Part shown: piece after piece, positions 1 to 12,800 of the stretch
Layout: the number at the start of each line of letters is the position of its first letter
Position numbering within the stretch: the first letter of the stretch is position 1
Origin: Marsupella aquatica
Lineage: Eukaryota; Plantae; Marchantiophyta
Direction: 5' to 3'
Assembly: GCA_973895155.1 (NCBI GenBank)
Contig: OZ316895.1
Location: 4,901,181 to 4,965,180, forward strand
Length of the DNA stretch: 64,000 nt
Made by a program: the position numbers and the translations under genes
Notes under the pieces: model-generated
What the model saw: only the letters and a program-made list of their open reading frames with translations
What the model was told of the DNA's origin: nothing
Database searches by the model: none

Positions 1-114
1 TCACGTAATCTGTGGCTTATGCTAGAAAATTCGAAGACCAGCTGTTTCCTATCAAAGTATCTGTCATCGTTCTAGATTAAAGTAGAAGGCAGACAATGAA
101 ATTGGGGATAGGCA

Positions 115-295
115 TGCATGCAGAGGACTGAGGTTTGTTTCTGAAAACTACAGTGTATGGCAATTTATTAAGACGTACTGTGCGTAGTACGACAGTTGTT
201 GGTATATTGCATGAGGACTGAGTTTGGTTTCTTTCCTGAATAGTATAGTGTATGGCAATTTATTGTACTGTGCGTAGTAGGACAATTGTTGATAA
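115..295. repeat. Diverged ~95 bp tandem duplication (2 copies)
   Basis: gaggactgag...agtgtatggcaatttatt...gtactgtgcgtagta.gaca.ttgttg occurs at ~123-201 and ~213-291. Confidence 0.8.
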
Positions 296-809
296 ATACA
301 TATAGAGATATATCACATCTCGAATCAGGTACGTGTTAATGATTTTGAAAGTGTTTTTCCATCCACTAAATATCCTTTAAAATGCCAAACAACTTCGATG
401 TGAATGCTGCATTTATAGTTACTGCCATCGTCGGGCAGCAGAGGACGATGTAGAGGAAATTAGGTAGGTGTTTCCAAGGTTGGTTGTTGTTTGATGAACG
501 TGTCAAGTATCTTGTCACTTCCTTTCCGAGTCCTCGATGTCTTTCTCCAATTTCAGCTGGAGCTCAATTTCCTTGAATGAAGAGGTGTTTCTCATAGAGC
601 TCTTCGCACTCGTCTTTCTTCCAGCTATTGGGCCGCTTATTAACGAACTTCCGCATTGGCTGAGTCATTGCTTGGATGAAACTATCAGCTAGTAGAATGG
701 GGTCTATATGCCAGCCAAACCATCTTTCTTGCCCGGCATATTATCTTGACTCTGACAAGGTTGTGAGCGGTGCTGATCTTCATTCTGTTGATTGACATGT
801 GTGGTGCAG

Positions 810-3800
810 ATCTACATCATTGCACTGCTGGTTGTCGTAAAGTTGATGGAACCGTAAGTAATGTTCTAGTCTGGCAAGACTCCAGACTGGTTACTGATTA
901 CTGATTGCATTGGACTTTGATAATCATGAGACAGAACCATAGAATGTATTAATGTGTGAGCACGATAAATTTATCCGTGATGGCAGTCAGTGGAATGAAT
1001 TGTTGCATTCATGAACCACGGCAAATTAGTCGTAATATGAATTGAAGTCTTGAATCCATTTATATTCAGGTAGCGAAGTCAGGTTTCTCATTTGTTTGAC
1101 TCGGATATCCCCAGGGTGATAAATATTCCTGCAACTCCAATGGATGCAAAATCAGATCTGTTTTGTGTACCAGTCGATCCTGGCCTTGATGGGCCTTGCG
1201 CGGGAATGCCTGAAAGACCTCCTCAGGACACCCTGGTAAAGTATCTTGCTGATCTTTACTTTTGGACTGTGCTGTCAGAATGCCAGGAGATTGAAGAAAT
1301 TGTGTTACTTTGCAATCCCAGATTTGCAAAGCATCTAAAGAGATATGACTGGATCGATTCTAAGTTTCACGTAGAGAGACTATTTTGAAGATTTAATAAG
1401 CTCCGCAACAGAAGAATTTTTGTGTTTGATAAGTTGCACTTTCCACTTGTGCAGCTTGCTTATGTCCCTCAGAACAACGATGCTGTCAACAAATTGGTGC
1501 TAAATATGGTTCAGCAGTTTGCACTTCAGTGAGGCCAATCTTTCTTACCTCTATACAGAAAACGAGGCAATGTTACCTTTTAAGTAGATTTGTCGCTCTG
1601 GAAACAGGACATTCTTTAATATGTTTAACTTTTTCAGTTCAGCTGACTTCAGTCCTTGCTTCGAAAGACAGATTTATGGTCTCATGAAGATTAAAAAAAA
1701 GTTGTGCTGTTTTTCAAGCTAAGTTTTCACTGTAACCTGTGCACAATTGGCACTGAAATCCTGTGCTCTGCAGATATAGCACACCAGCTCTTTCTCCAAG
1801 AGGTTTTGACACAGAAGATGATATGCAAAACTACTATTTTTCACATCCAGAAGTAAGATACACCTATCATGCCTTGCATGCTTTTTGGTAGTGTGCACTG
1901 GCAAGCACTAAAGCATACCTTGGTCGATCCTTCACACTCTTGCATGTTATCTTGGCTCTTCAATAGGTGTCCTGTTGGTCCGGGATGGGTCCATGCTGTA
2001 TACGTTCTCCATGATGACGAATTTAATGAACTAATATGAAAGCGAGAATATTCCGTTCAAGTTTACCATATTTGAGAATGATAATACACAGGGATTTGAA
2101 CTTGTCTGAATGGGTTTTTGCTGGCCTGTTCTTACAGACAGTCTTTGCAGCTATTGTTTTTGAGGGCGGTGATGTCTTCCAATCTCAAATTCTGCCCCAG
2201 GAACTGTCCTACAGCCTCAGGATGAATGGTAAAGAACAATTGTGAGACCTTCCTATATTGTGAAGCTAAAATTATTTCCTCAAGTCTAGTTGAAGAGGCT
2301 TGTTCTCATTTAGGAATGTGACAGTATCGCCTAAGTCTTGTGAATGTTTGTATGCAGGCTCCTATCTCCCATCAACTTTTAAAAGTATTGGAAACAAGGA
2401 GGATTGTCTGTTGGATGAGTTAGGCGTGTGCGATGCAAATGGGTACCTCCAGTCAGGTAGGTACTGTTTTTTTCGTTACATGTTTCATATTCGTATTGTA
2501 CATGACGAGGATGATGCTATTATTTCAGCTTTTTCATGCTGGTTAGTAGCTGATCTCTTCTTTCTGGAGTGCATCAGGCTTTCTTGCTCTTCAGAGTGTC
2601 ATTTCTCAAGTGACGAGGGCTGCAGCTCTCCCAGGAACAGACTGTCCGAAGAAGCAGAAAACACCTACATTTGTGCAACAACAGGCCTTACCTGCTTATC
2701 ATCGTTCGTTTGCATCTGTGGAGTTCCAGCTCTTCACTGCTTTGTACATGGTCTTAGCTCTTTCTCCTGTTCTGCAGACCACCCTTAGCCATATTGTACG
2801 AGAAAAAGAAACTCTTCTTAAGGTAAATTGTAGAATCTTTCCAAACTCTCTGGGTCATGAATTTCAGATGTCTTTAGCGATGGCGCTGGTTTGCTTATTG
2901 GCTCAATCTTAAATTTGAGTTGGAACAAACTTGAATTGATATAAATTGGAGGCTAAGTTCTGGAATTTTGAGTTCGATGTACGGATTCTTCTGTAGTTTC
3001 CCATACGTACGTATGAGGGCCCCTAACTTGTACTACGTGGCCAAACAACTGTCAGGAGGCTTGAATCTTTGTTTTTGTATGTGTCTGTACAGCAAACAGA
3101 AGGATAAGCAAACTCAATTTGTAAGCTATGCTGACTAGAATTTATTCGCACAGTGGAATATCCTGTGTCGCCTTCCCAAGGAGAGTACATTATCAAGTTG
3201 AAATGAAATACGATATTCTGTTTCATGTCTTGGTCATTGCAGGACTGCATGATAATGATGGGATTAAGAGAATCAGTTTACTGGTTGGCTTGGCTGATAA
3301 CATATTCTGGAATGTCAGCTGTTACTACTCTCATTCTTGTGAGTGATCAGTTGCTACGACCTCTTAAAGTCACAAATCTTTCTGCATATTTTGTACAGAT
3401 TTCGTCGTTCATGCGCTGCGTAATATGTTAGTCTCAAGCCTGAGGTTTAGGGTTACCCTTTGTTGATTGATTATTGCCATTGCTCTCTACGTCTTTTATT
3501 CAATTCTGGCCTGGCCGAAAGGCAGTTCCTGCTGCACATTGGCCCTCCACAAACCCTTGCCCGAAGTGTATTGCGCAGATCAGTCCGTGGGTGTTCTCCA
3601 TACCCCTCTAAGTATTCCCGATGGTTTGTCTGTGTTCTCCCAGATTGATTCTAGTGCATCAAAGGTGTCTTTGTGTAATTCAATAGTGGGTTTGTTCCGA
3701 CTTTTAATAAACAGATTGAGTTGGACCCTCATTTAATTCTTACCAATCGGATCACAGGTGTTCACAGCAAAATACACAGGTCTATTTGTTTTCACAGGCA

Positions 3801-6800
3801 TGGGAACGTTGTTTCTTATCATTTATCCGTACACTGTGTCCCTCGTTACCATGGCGTTTGCCTTCAGCGCCATATTTGCAAAGGTATCATCTCGTGGTTA
3901 ATTATTGTTTAACATATTGGGTGTGAATGAATGATTTGTGTATCTTGTTGTTCTACATGCTTGATTATTCAATAGATGAGAAAGGATGACTTTCCTCTCT
4001 AATGATTTCTGTTAAAGCGAGGACGCTATCCTACTTGCACGGACCTTCCTTTGGAGTTGAGGTGAAGATTTCGATATAGGGGGAGTGTTACTATAATCCC
4101 TGCTTGAAAAAGGCATGAGAGGACATAGGAAGTCCTACATGCTTATTCTTTAAACATGCCAGGTACTATGTTTCAAATTCGGGTTGTGCCTGGTGTTTGT
4201 GCTTTTCAATAGTCTGACCTTAGCTCACTTGTGGACTTGATATGCAGGCACAAAAGGCCACTTCGTTTTCCGGGATGTGGATTTTTTTGAGTAGCCTCGT
4301 CATCATTCCGATAGACTTGTTACGGTGGTCAACTCCAGTATGTGCAATTTTGTCGTTAAATTCCCCAGTTGGGCTGGCTCTGGCGGTGGATGTGATTGTT
4401 CGAGCAGAAGGCAGCGGGCAAGCGGTCACTCTTAATAACTTCTGGTCTACGGTTGCCCCCATAACTCTAACTCATCTCATCCCATCTCCTCTCACAGCGT
4501 CTCTTAAATCTTCCGTTTCTGTATTACAGATCTCAGGGATTGAGTCTTTTGTCTGCGTGCACTAGGTATTGCGATCATTCAGACTCTTGCAAGTATGTGC
4601 GTGTGCTGCAATCAGGCCAATGTTGGCGTTTCGAACTAGCTGGACGAAATGTTTATTTTCAGTTATGGTTGCTTTCAGAACATATGTTCAGTACTGATTC
4701 AGTTTGGTGCGCCCTTGAGTGGCGTCGCAGGCCAAAGGAACAAGCCCCTTGAGTATTGGTGCCCTTGTTCTCATATTTGTTGGTGACACCCTCGTCTATG
4801 GCATCATTGCATGGTTGGTAATTCATGTGTAATATCCTACAAATGAAGTTGGTCAAAATTTTTGCTTAGAGAGGATGCATGGATAAGTAAGTCAAATCAT
4901 TTAATATTTTCTCAAGACTTTGATGGCTTCGACAGGTATCTCGATAATACTTGGCCACATCCAGAGAGAGGCTCTAAGCGGCCTTGGGGCTTTTGTTTCT
5001 CTTTGCATTACTGGTTTCCTGCGAGTACAGAACCTTCATATATGCTTGCCCCTCAAGAGAATGTAAGTATTCATTAGGTTAGTAATATACTATTAAGGGA
5101 CATATTAGATGATCGTTGAATAGGACCTCTGGTTTTATCTCATACAGACAGTATTTGTTGTAAAGTGGCAGGTCCGTGGCTTGGCCAAGAAGTCAAATTT
5201 TAGAATCGAAGACCACCCACGATGATGAGATTAATCTTTCTCAGTGTCTTGTTTCTGTCAGCAAGAAACGTAATGTAATGTGCTTGCAATTTTTGTGCTG
5301 CAGCCTTCGTTTATTTCCCAGTCTCAGCTGGATGAAGCAAGCTTTGTTGTGGACACGCCAAATGACGTAGCTGTCGAAGGCAAGTGGATTCTGCAGCGGG
5401 TTATATCTTTTTTGGGAAGGTCTTTTTATTGTTCTTGGTTGCCTGCTTGAACACAGTGAATGAATAGTTCTGTAGAGATCTTATTGACTTGTTCCTATCT
5501 TGTTGAGACCCGTCGTAGGCTATCTCCAAGGTGCTTCCTGATTGCAATAGTCTTGTCTGTTATGGTTTTCCAGTCGATCAAACAGCAAATATTCAGGATG
5601 ATCCGAATGTGGAGGCTGTGGATCCAGCAATAGCTAGCAAAGTTGCCTTGGTTTGCAGAAATTTGAGAAAGGCATATTACAAGAAGAAGAAATGGTGGCA
5701 GTTCTGGGACATAGAAGGTGGAAGGGGACAAGGATCCAAGTGGCAGTGGAAGCCGGAATCCGAAGTTATCAAAGGGCTGAACTTGAATCTTTATGAGGGC
5801 CAGCTGTTTGCTTTTGTTGTAAGCAGTTCTATCAATAACCTGTGCGGATGCTCGCATGATATATATATAATTGACGGATAAATTAGTGAACCTTGGAAGT
5901 TTGTTATATACATCCAACTTGGAACATGGGTTTCTGCCGTTTAGTTCTGAATAGATTCTTTGTAGAGAGAGAGGTGGTCATAAATACATCAAGCTGATTT
6001 AGATAGTTGACTCATATATTCATGCTTCCTACTTGCTCAAGGACTTGCAAGTATCAAGAAGGATGAACTATCTTCTGAACTTTGAGCTCTGGTGCAGGGC
6101 CACAGCAAATCAGGAAAGTCGGCCTTGTTGTCTATACTGGCTGGCATATCACAGGGATCGTCGGGCGAAGCCTACATTTATGGCCTTCCAATTAGTGATG
6201 GAGGTATCGGTGATAATTATTTAGCCAGGATAGCATCTTGCCCTTATCAAAGTCCTTGGCCAGTCTGCTGGAAATTCTTATTTGACATGGTGATTTCAAT
6301 TGTTTTCAGGTTCAGAGTTGCGGTCGCTGGTGGGATTTTCTTATTTGACATGGTGATTTCAATTGTTTTCAGGTTCAGAGTTGCGGTCGCTGGTGGGATT
6401 TTGCCCTCAAGGAAACATTGGCCTTGATCTTCTCACTGTACGAGAGCAGGTGGGTGGAGGCTGCACTCCTATTTTTCCTATGATCTCTCTGGGTATGAAG
6501 ATGTTAGTTGCAATCATCCTTATTGGAACAGTGAACTAGGTGGTGCTAGAATTACGAGTAGCATTTTATTGTGATTCTTGACAGAAACCTTGTTGGTAGA
6601 GAGCAAGGGGAGGAAGCCAACTTTCTTCGAAGCAATTTTAGACTGGTTGTTGATGGTTTTTTTCATCCGGTGAAATTGGCAGCTTCAGTATTTTGGGCGA
6701 ATAAAGGGGGATTCCCTACATATGGGTCTTGACTCATTTGAACGCAGCAAGCAGCCCAGCAAGCCATTACCAGAGAGGATTGAAGACCTGCTGCAAGATT

Positions 6801-9800
6801 TGCAGCTTGTGCAGCTTGCTGATAGGATGGTTATGGAACTCACTGCTTCTGCAAAGCGGAAGCTCAGTTTGGCCATTGCTTTGATTGGAGACCCACAGGT
6901 CTCACTTTCAGCCCTGCGCTTTCTGTCTCTCCCTCCTGCTGTGTTCTTTGGAATTGGAAACGTTCGGATTCCATCCAATTCCACATCTTTGAACAATTTG
7001 TTTCATATGTGCTTCTGTGGCTATGTGGATAATCATGGATACCAACCGAGGACCTTCGGCTCAACTTACAGATTGCAATGACTGTTTATCCTCAACGATT
7101 CTTTCCGTGAGCATGTGCTACAGGGTCTGACCCCTGAAGTTATCTTTGTAGGTCGTCCTTATGGATCATCCCACTGCTTCCATGGACACAGACTCCAAAA
7201 AAGCGTTTTGGGATATGCTCAAAAAGCATCAAGAGGGGAGGGTATTTATATTTACAACTGATTCGATGGAGGAGGCTGATGTAATTGCAGACCGTAAAGC
7301 TGTATTATCTCATGGTGTTATCAAGTGCTGCGGCAGCTCCCGATTCTTGCGAAGTCGATTTGGTAACAATGCATGTTGCTTTGAGCTTCGAAGACTTTTT
7401 GATTGTGAATCCTTGGTGCACCTGAAAAATCCCCCACAGCTGTTCCATTTCTTGAGCTTACACCTGTATCGAGTTTTAATCTTTATTTAAACAAGTTGAA
7501 CAAGTGCAACGAAGATTGGCTTAAAAGATCTGAATACTACTGCTCCATGAGATTATGGCTGCAACTGGGCTGCAAAAGATTTGGATGGCGTACACCGGAA
7601 TCTCAGGACACCTAAACCTTGGGGCAAGGTAGCTTTAGAAGCTGAACTATTCTCAGATTTAACTGAAAGACTGCGTAAATTTTTGAACGTAGGATAAGAA
7701 TATACCAACGTTTTAGAAGGTGTGGATCATTACCAACGCAGGATGTTCATTAAGGGATGTCAGTTTTGACCACCATGCAAATGAAATTGAGGAAGGACTA
7801 CTGTCACATGTTAGTTAATTGCAGTCATAACATTGATGGTACTTTGCTCGGTGACCCATCTTCTACACTATCTCGTAGAACTGAAATCGTGCTTGGAAAG
7901 GAAATTGCTGGTGTCCATGAATCCTTTTGTCCTGTTTTGATACAGGTATTGAATTACTTGTGGGTACCTGATTTTGCAGGGTTGAGCTATCTATTGCACA
8001 TATCTAGAGAAGAATCATTCAATGCGACAGCCGTACTAAGTTTGATTCAAAGCCATATCCCAGAAGCCACTTTGGTCCCAACCTCAAGAGGACAATTGTA
8101 TTCTACGTACAAGATTCCACTTGGATATCCAGCCGAGACAAGTGCCCTTATAACAGAGCTCACAGGGTAAGTTCCCTTACCCCACTATGGGTTGATACCA
8201 TTAATGTATGCTCTATTTGATCATGACTCTCAAATAAGAGGTTGTTTGTTCTACACAAGCGACAGTAGAATCTTTCAAAACTGCTCCACTTTATAATAAA
8301 CTACTCAGTCTGTTGGTATTGTAGTTAAAGCTTTACATGCCATTTTTTTATGTGCGTCAGGTGGGTAATTTCTATGACAATATGCAGGCTAGAGCGAAGA
8401 CCAGCATAAACTGTTCTATGGTGATTGGTACGATAGGTCATAAATGGATCCGTATGATGATGGACTACATCTTTACTCAATTTGAAAGGGATACTTCAGA
8501 TTGGAACTATTTTGACCTTGGGAATATGATTAATTCAGATTTAAATTTTGTGTATGTGCAGAAGTGCAGCTCCACTGGGTATAGGGGAGGGGGCACTTGA
8601 AGCCACTAGCTTGGAAGAAGTTTTTATGCAGTTCCATGGTAATTCTTGTTTCGTTAGCTGTCAGAATATTCATGTTGCATGATCCGCCTACCTACTGTTC
8701 GTTTTTCTATTTCAATTCACCTGAAAGCCTGGCATGATTGAATCTCATACTGTCAGATGAGGATGAAGAGGAAGCAGGAGTGTTACCAAGTCAGGATTCA
8801 AATTCCTTGGACAACTGGGGTGATGAAACTGAAGACCTGGAGGGTGAGGCACTGCTAGAAACCAACGATTCGCATGTCATGGAGGACTCAACCAGGCAAT
8901 CAAGGAAGCAAAGACTGAGAATACAAACTTTTGCAATGATGCGGTCACGCTTTGCCCTCTACAGGTTAGACTCCCAGCTTAGATTTGCCTTTGATCTTGC
9001 AATGATATGGATCTTTCTCTTGCGTTCTTATTAGAGACTAGGTTGACTAGTTGGCTGACCTAGATTAGCTAGAACTTACGTTGTGAGGCATCAGTTTTTT
9101 CTGGAACAGTCGGTCGCCATAATTTTCCAGAAATTTTGAAATTGCTGCATGTGATTAGTTTGATTTAATTTGATCCAGGCGGAACATTATGGCGGTTCTT
9201 CTCACTTTTGGACTCCCTGTGGTATGCCTCATCACTTTTCGAGTCAAAGTTTCGATTGGCTGTCGTATTGACTTTCTCACTGTGGAAGATAAAGTCGAGA
9301 TGCACTTATACGAACATCTTAGTTAGTTTACTCTTTTAAAATAGAGGTGCTTGGATCTTATAATCTATCTGATCCATTTGCTGTATGTGGAACAGGCAAT
9401 CACTCTTGGAGTTCTTGTAATTCAGTCCATTGTTGGCAAGTACGACACCAAAGGATTGCCATTGGTCAACTCCAAGTTAGGACAATCGGTGCCAATATAC
9501 TATACACTAGGCAATGACAGTGCCTCTGTGGAGGCGCACTATCTATTGGATCAATTGGGGCCAAATCATATATTGCTCAACCAATCATCTTTTCTCAGCA
9601 CTTTTAATATTGATGGGATCAAGGGTGATGGACATGACGCTATTGGCCTATCATTTGATCAACTTGATCTTCAAAGTAACGTCCATCTCATTCATCATCC
9701 ATGTTTCTAGCTTGTGAAGGATTGGAATGAGATCCATTCAGTCAGTTTAATTTTTTAATTCCGTTGCTTTTTCAAAGCATGAAAGGTTTGTTTGTATTTT

Positions 9801-12800
9801 CAGACTTGTTGTTTCTGAAAACTTTGCACTCACTACAGCTAACTAATGTTACATAAGATGCATTACCTAAGCTTAGCGGTTGTGCAGGTTGCACAGTTGA
9901 ATATAATGTCCTTTACCAGCCTTCGCATATTCACGAGCTTCCCGACGTTATTGCTATGCTCGACAACTCCTTGCTGAACACTCTTCGGACGAACTATTCT
10001 GGCAATGCGAGTGCTCAAAATCCCAGTTCGCTGCTCGTTGCCAATCACCCGCTACCGTTTGCACAGCTGCGAAGCGCTTCAGACTTCCTGGTCATCATGC
10101 TCATGACCATAGGCCTCCTAATTGTTCCACCTGTTCTTGGAGCCCAGGTAGCGACAAGTCCTGGAATCCGGCTGCAATGTTGAATCAATCTCTTTATTCG
10201 TTCGAATGGGCTCTGAGCTGAGGAATCAACTATTTGACTCCCAGAAGAAGTCGGGGTTGTGTAACCACTAATAAGCAATAAAATAATGATACTTAGCCTA
10301 ATAGGAATTTTGTGGAGTTCCTAGTTGGATTGTATTGACTTCATTTTATAATCCAAGGCATCCAGGAGAGGCAATGGACAAATCGTTCGGAGAGAGAGGT
10401 GTGTTGGAAATAGTGATGTAAGGCCAACTGCAAGTAAACATAAAATGACGTATGTTATTGATAGCTCTAAACCTCAATATGGTATAACTGATTTTCGTGT
10501 GCTACAGGAATCCGCGATACTTTTCATATACTTGCCTATCTGATTAAAATGAATCGGATCAAATCTATTAAACTGATCTATAGTTGCTGGGCAGTCATTC
10601 AGGGCAAGAAAAACAAAGTAGAAACGGATAAATGTACAACAACGTAGTAAAAGATGACAGGTAATGACTAGGCAAACCAATTAATAGAGTACACAATTTC
10701 TTACAGAAGTGGCTGTTTTGTGCAGGTCGCTGCAGACAAAGAGTTGGGGCTTCTCAGCTTGTTTCGAGTCAGTGGCATGAGGGGCCTTGCGTATTGGGTT
10801 GCCACTGCTGTGTCAGACCTCATTCTATATTACATTGCATCATTCCTAGTGCTAGGCATTGGACTTGCCTTCGGCCATATACCATTCTATAAGGTGGAGT
10901 TTAATTGCTTCAGTTGGTGCTAGTAATGGGCTTTTCGAGATGAAGTTCTAAATGATACCTCAAGTGCCGTATTTCAAGGAGGAGTGCCGAAACAATCTCG
11001 AATTAGAATTGACACAGGCACCGAGGAATGCTGAATGGAATATTTTCGGAAATTAACCCTATGAAGTTGTTTTGTCCAACCAAGCAGGAGGCAAACCTGG
11101 CTATCTTTTTACTATTTCTTACAACCATCCCGGCTTTGGCTCTCACCAGCTACGTTTCAAGCTTCTTTTTTGTGACAGCACAAGGGTAATTTCTTTTGGC
11201 TTTTACCCAGTACGTGTTTGGGATTGGTCGATTTCAGTCCCATACTTTCCTTTCTTTTGCCAAGAGGAAATCTTAACTCTTTCGTTTTGCGCTGCAGAGC
11301 TGCGTCTCTCCTCTTTATGTTTTTTATACTTGCAGCCCTCGTGCCATACTTTTGGATACTTGCCGTCCCAGGTATTAAAGTATTTTGCCGGCTTGATTTT
11401 CTCTTGTTATTGTAGTATAGAGTACTCGTCTGATAGGGTAATTGAGGGGAGGAAGCAGTTCTCGCCATATTTCTTCTTTAGATTCTGAATGGTTGTGCTT
11501 CTGGTTCATGTGATGTAGCATTCTCCCTTTATCGCATGCCCTGCTTGCTCTCTTCTCAAAAATTGAAAGAGATATGGAATGGAAATATTTTTCCTTACAC
11601 AAAGTCCATTTTCCTTTGTCCTGAAAATTTTGGGCCATGTAATTGCAATTCTTTGAAATAAAGCCCCTAATTTTCAGATTACAAAACTGCTTTACCAATT
11701 TGCTAATAACAAAATATTGGTGTGACCTGAACTGCAGGCGTTATCCCATACGGCTGGCACTCGTTCCTCAATGTCGTCGATCCCCCATATGCGTTGATTT
11801 CAGGACTACACTTTATAGTCACATCCATTGTTGAGGTTAAGGACATAAATAGTCCAGAGCAAAGCAACCCTGGAAGGTTGTATTCTTTTGAATGGAGTGC
11901 CCACATTCTGGTGAGCATTGGTGGTGCTGCAGTTGCCATACTGCCACTTGCGCTGTGTATATGGATGCTGGACCAACACGAGACAGATCCAGAGCCAAAG
12001 ATTTTGGACGTGCCAGTTGCAGGGAACGAAACTGATGCAGCGGGAAATGCCCAAAGTTTTCACGACGATGCGGATAGCATGAATGATCTTAACCGTGAAA
12101 AGGAACGTGTTCAAACCAACGCTGCACGTTGGGAGAGCATGGGGCTCATGGGTGGAGATGGACCAGAAGGGGACCTGGTTCTCTGTTGTGGGGTAGGAAA
12201 GGTAAGTCTTATGCATGGCATAGGTTCCAATACAGCATTTGAGAATCATTTCTAGTTCTACTGAATGGCAAAGAAATTTGAAGTTTGTTCTCGACTGCTT
12301 GTTATGGTAAAAACTGGTCAACATTGTATAGACGGGTGTCTTGGATCCAGTTACCTCTGTAATACGTGCAAACTTCACTTTCCCTCCAAATTTGTATGCT
12401 GAATAATGATCCAGCTTTGGAAGAAGTAATTTTCCACAATGGTCTAAGAGCATGAAATTATTGTCTGTGCTCACGACTTTAACGTAGAAATTTGCCTAAA
12501 TTGCTGATATTTGTGAGGCGGCCTTTTTTTGGGTTTGTGTGTACTCCCAGTTGTTAATTCAGTTCATGAATATTTGAGTAATATTTCCTTCTTTTTCTAC
12601 AGAACTATGGTGGCCATACAGGGAGTTGCTTTGGACTTGGAGCTGACCCTGGATTGTGGGCACTTCGGAATTTATGGCTCGCTGTGGGACGGGGGGAGGT
12701 AAAACGACCCACCCTTCTCTCTTTTCTGGTGATCTGTCCTGCTTTTATGCACAAGATGTACCTTAATAATTACTGGAGTAACCTTGGGCAGGGGTACTCA

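Noticed and set aside
6752-6765. Hairpin 3' arm targeting ABCA (gcccagcaagc)
   Set aside because: Only 11 nt, pairing with the 3' end of the candidate small RNA; too weak for plant miRNA targeting.
11806-12474. 222 aa minus-strand ORF
   Set aside because: Antisense shadow of an ABCA exon and intron; no recognisable domain.
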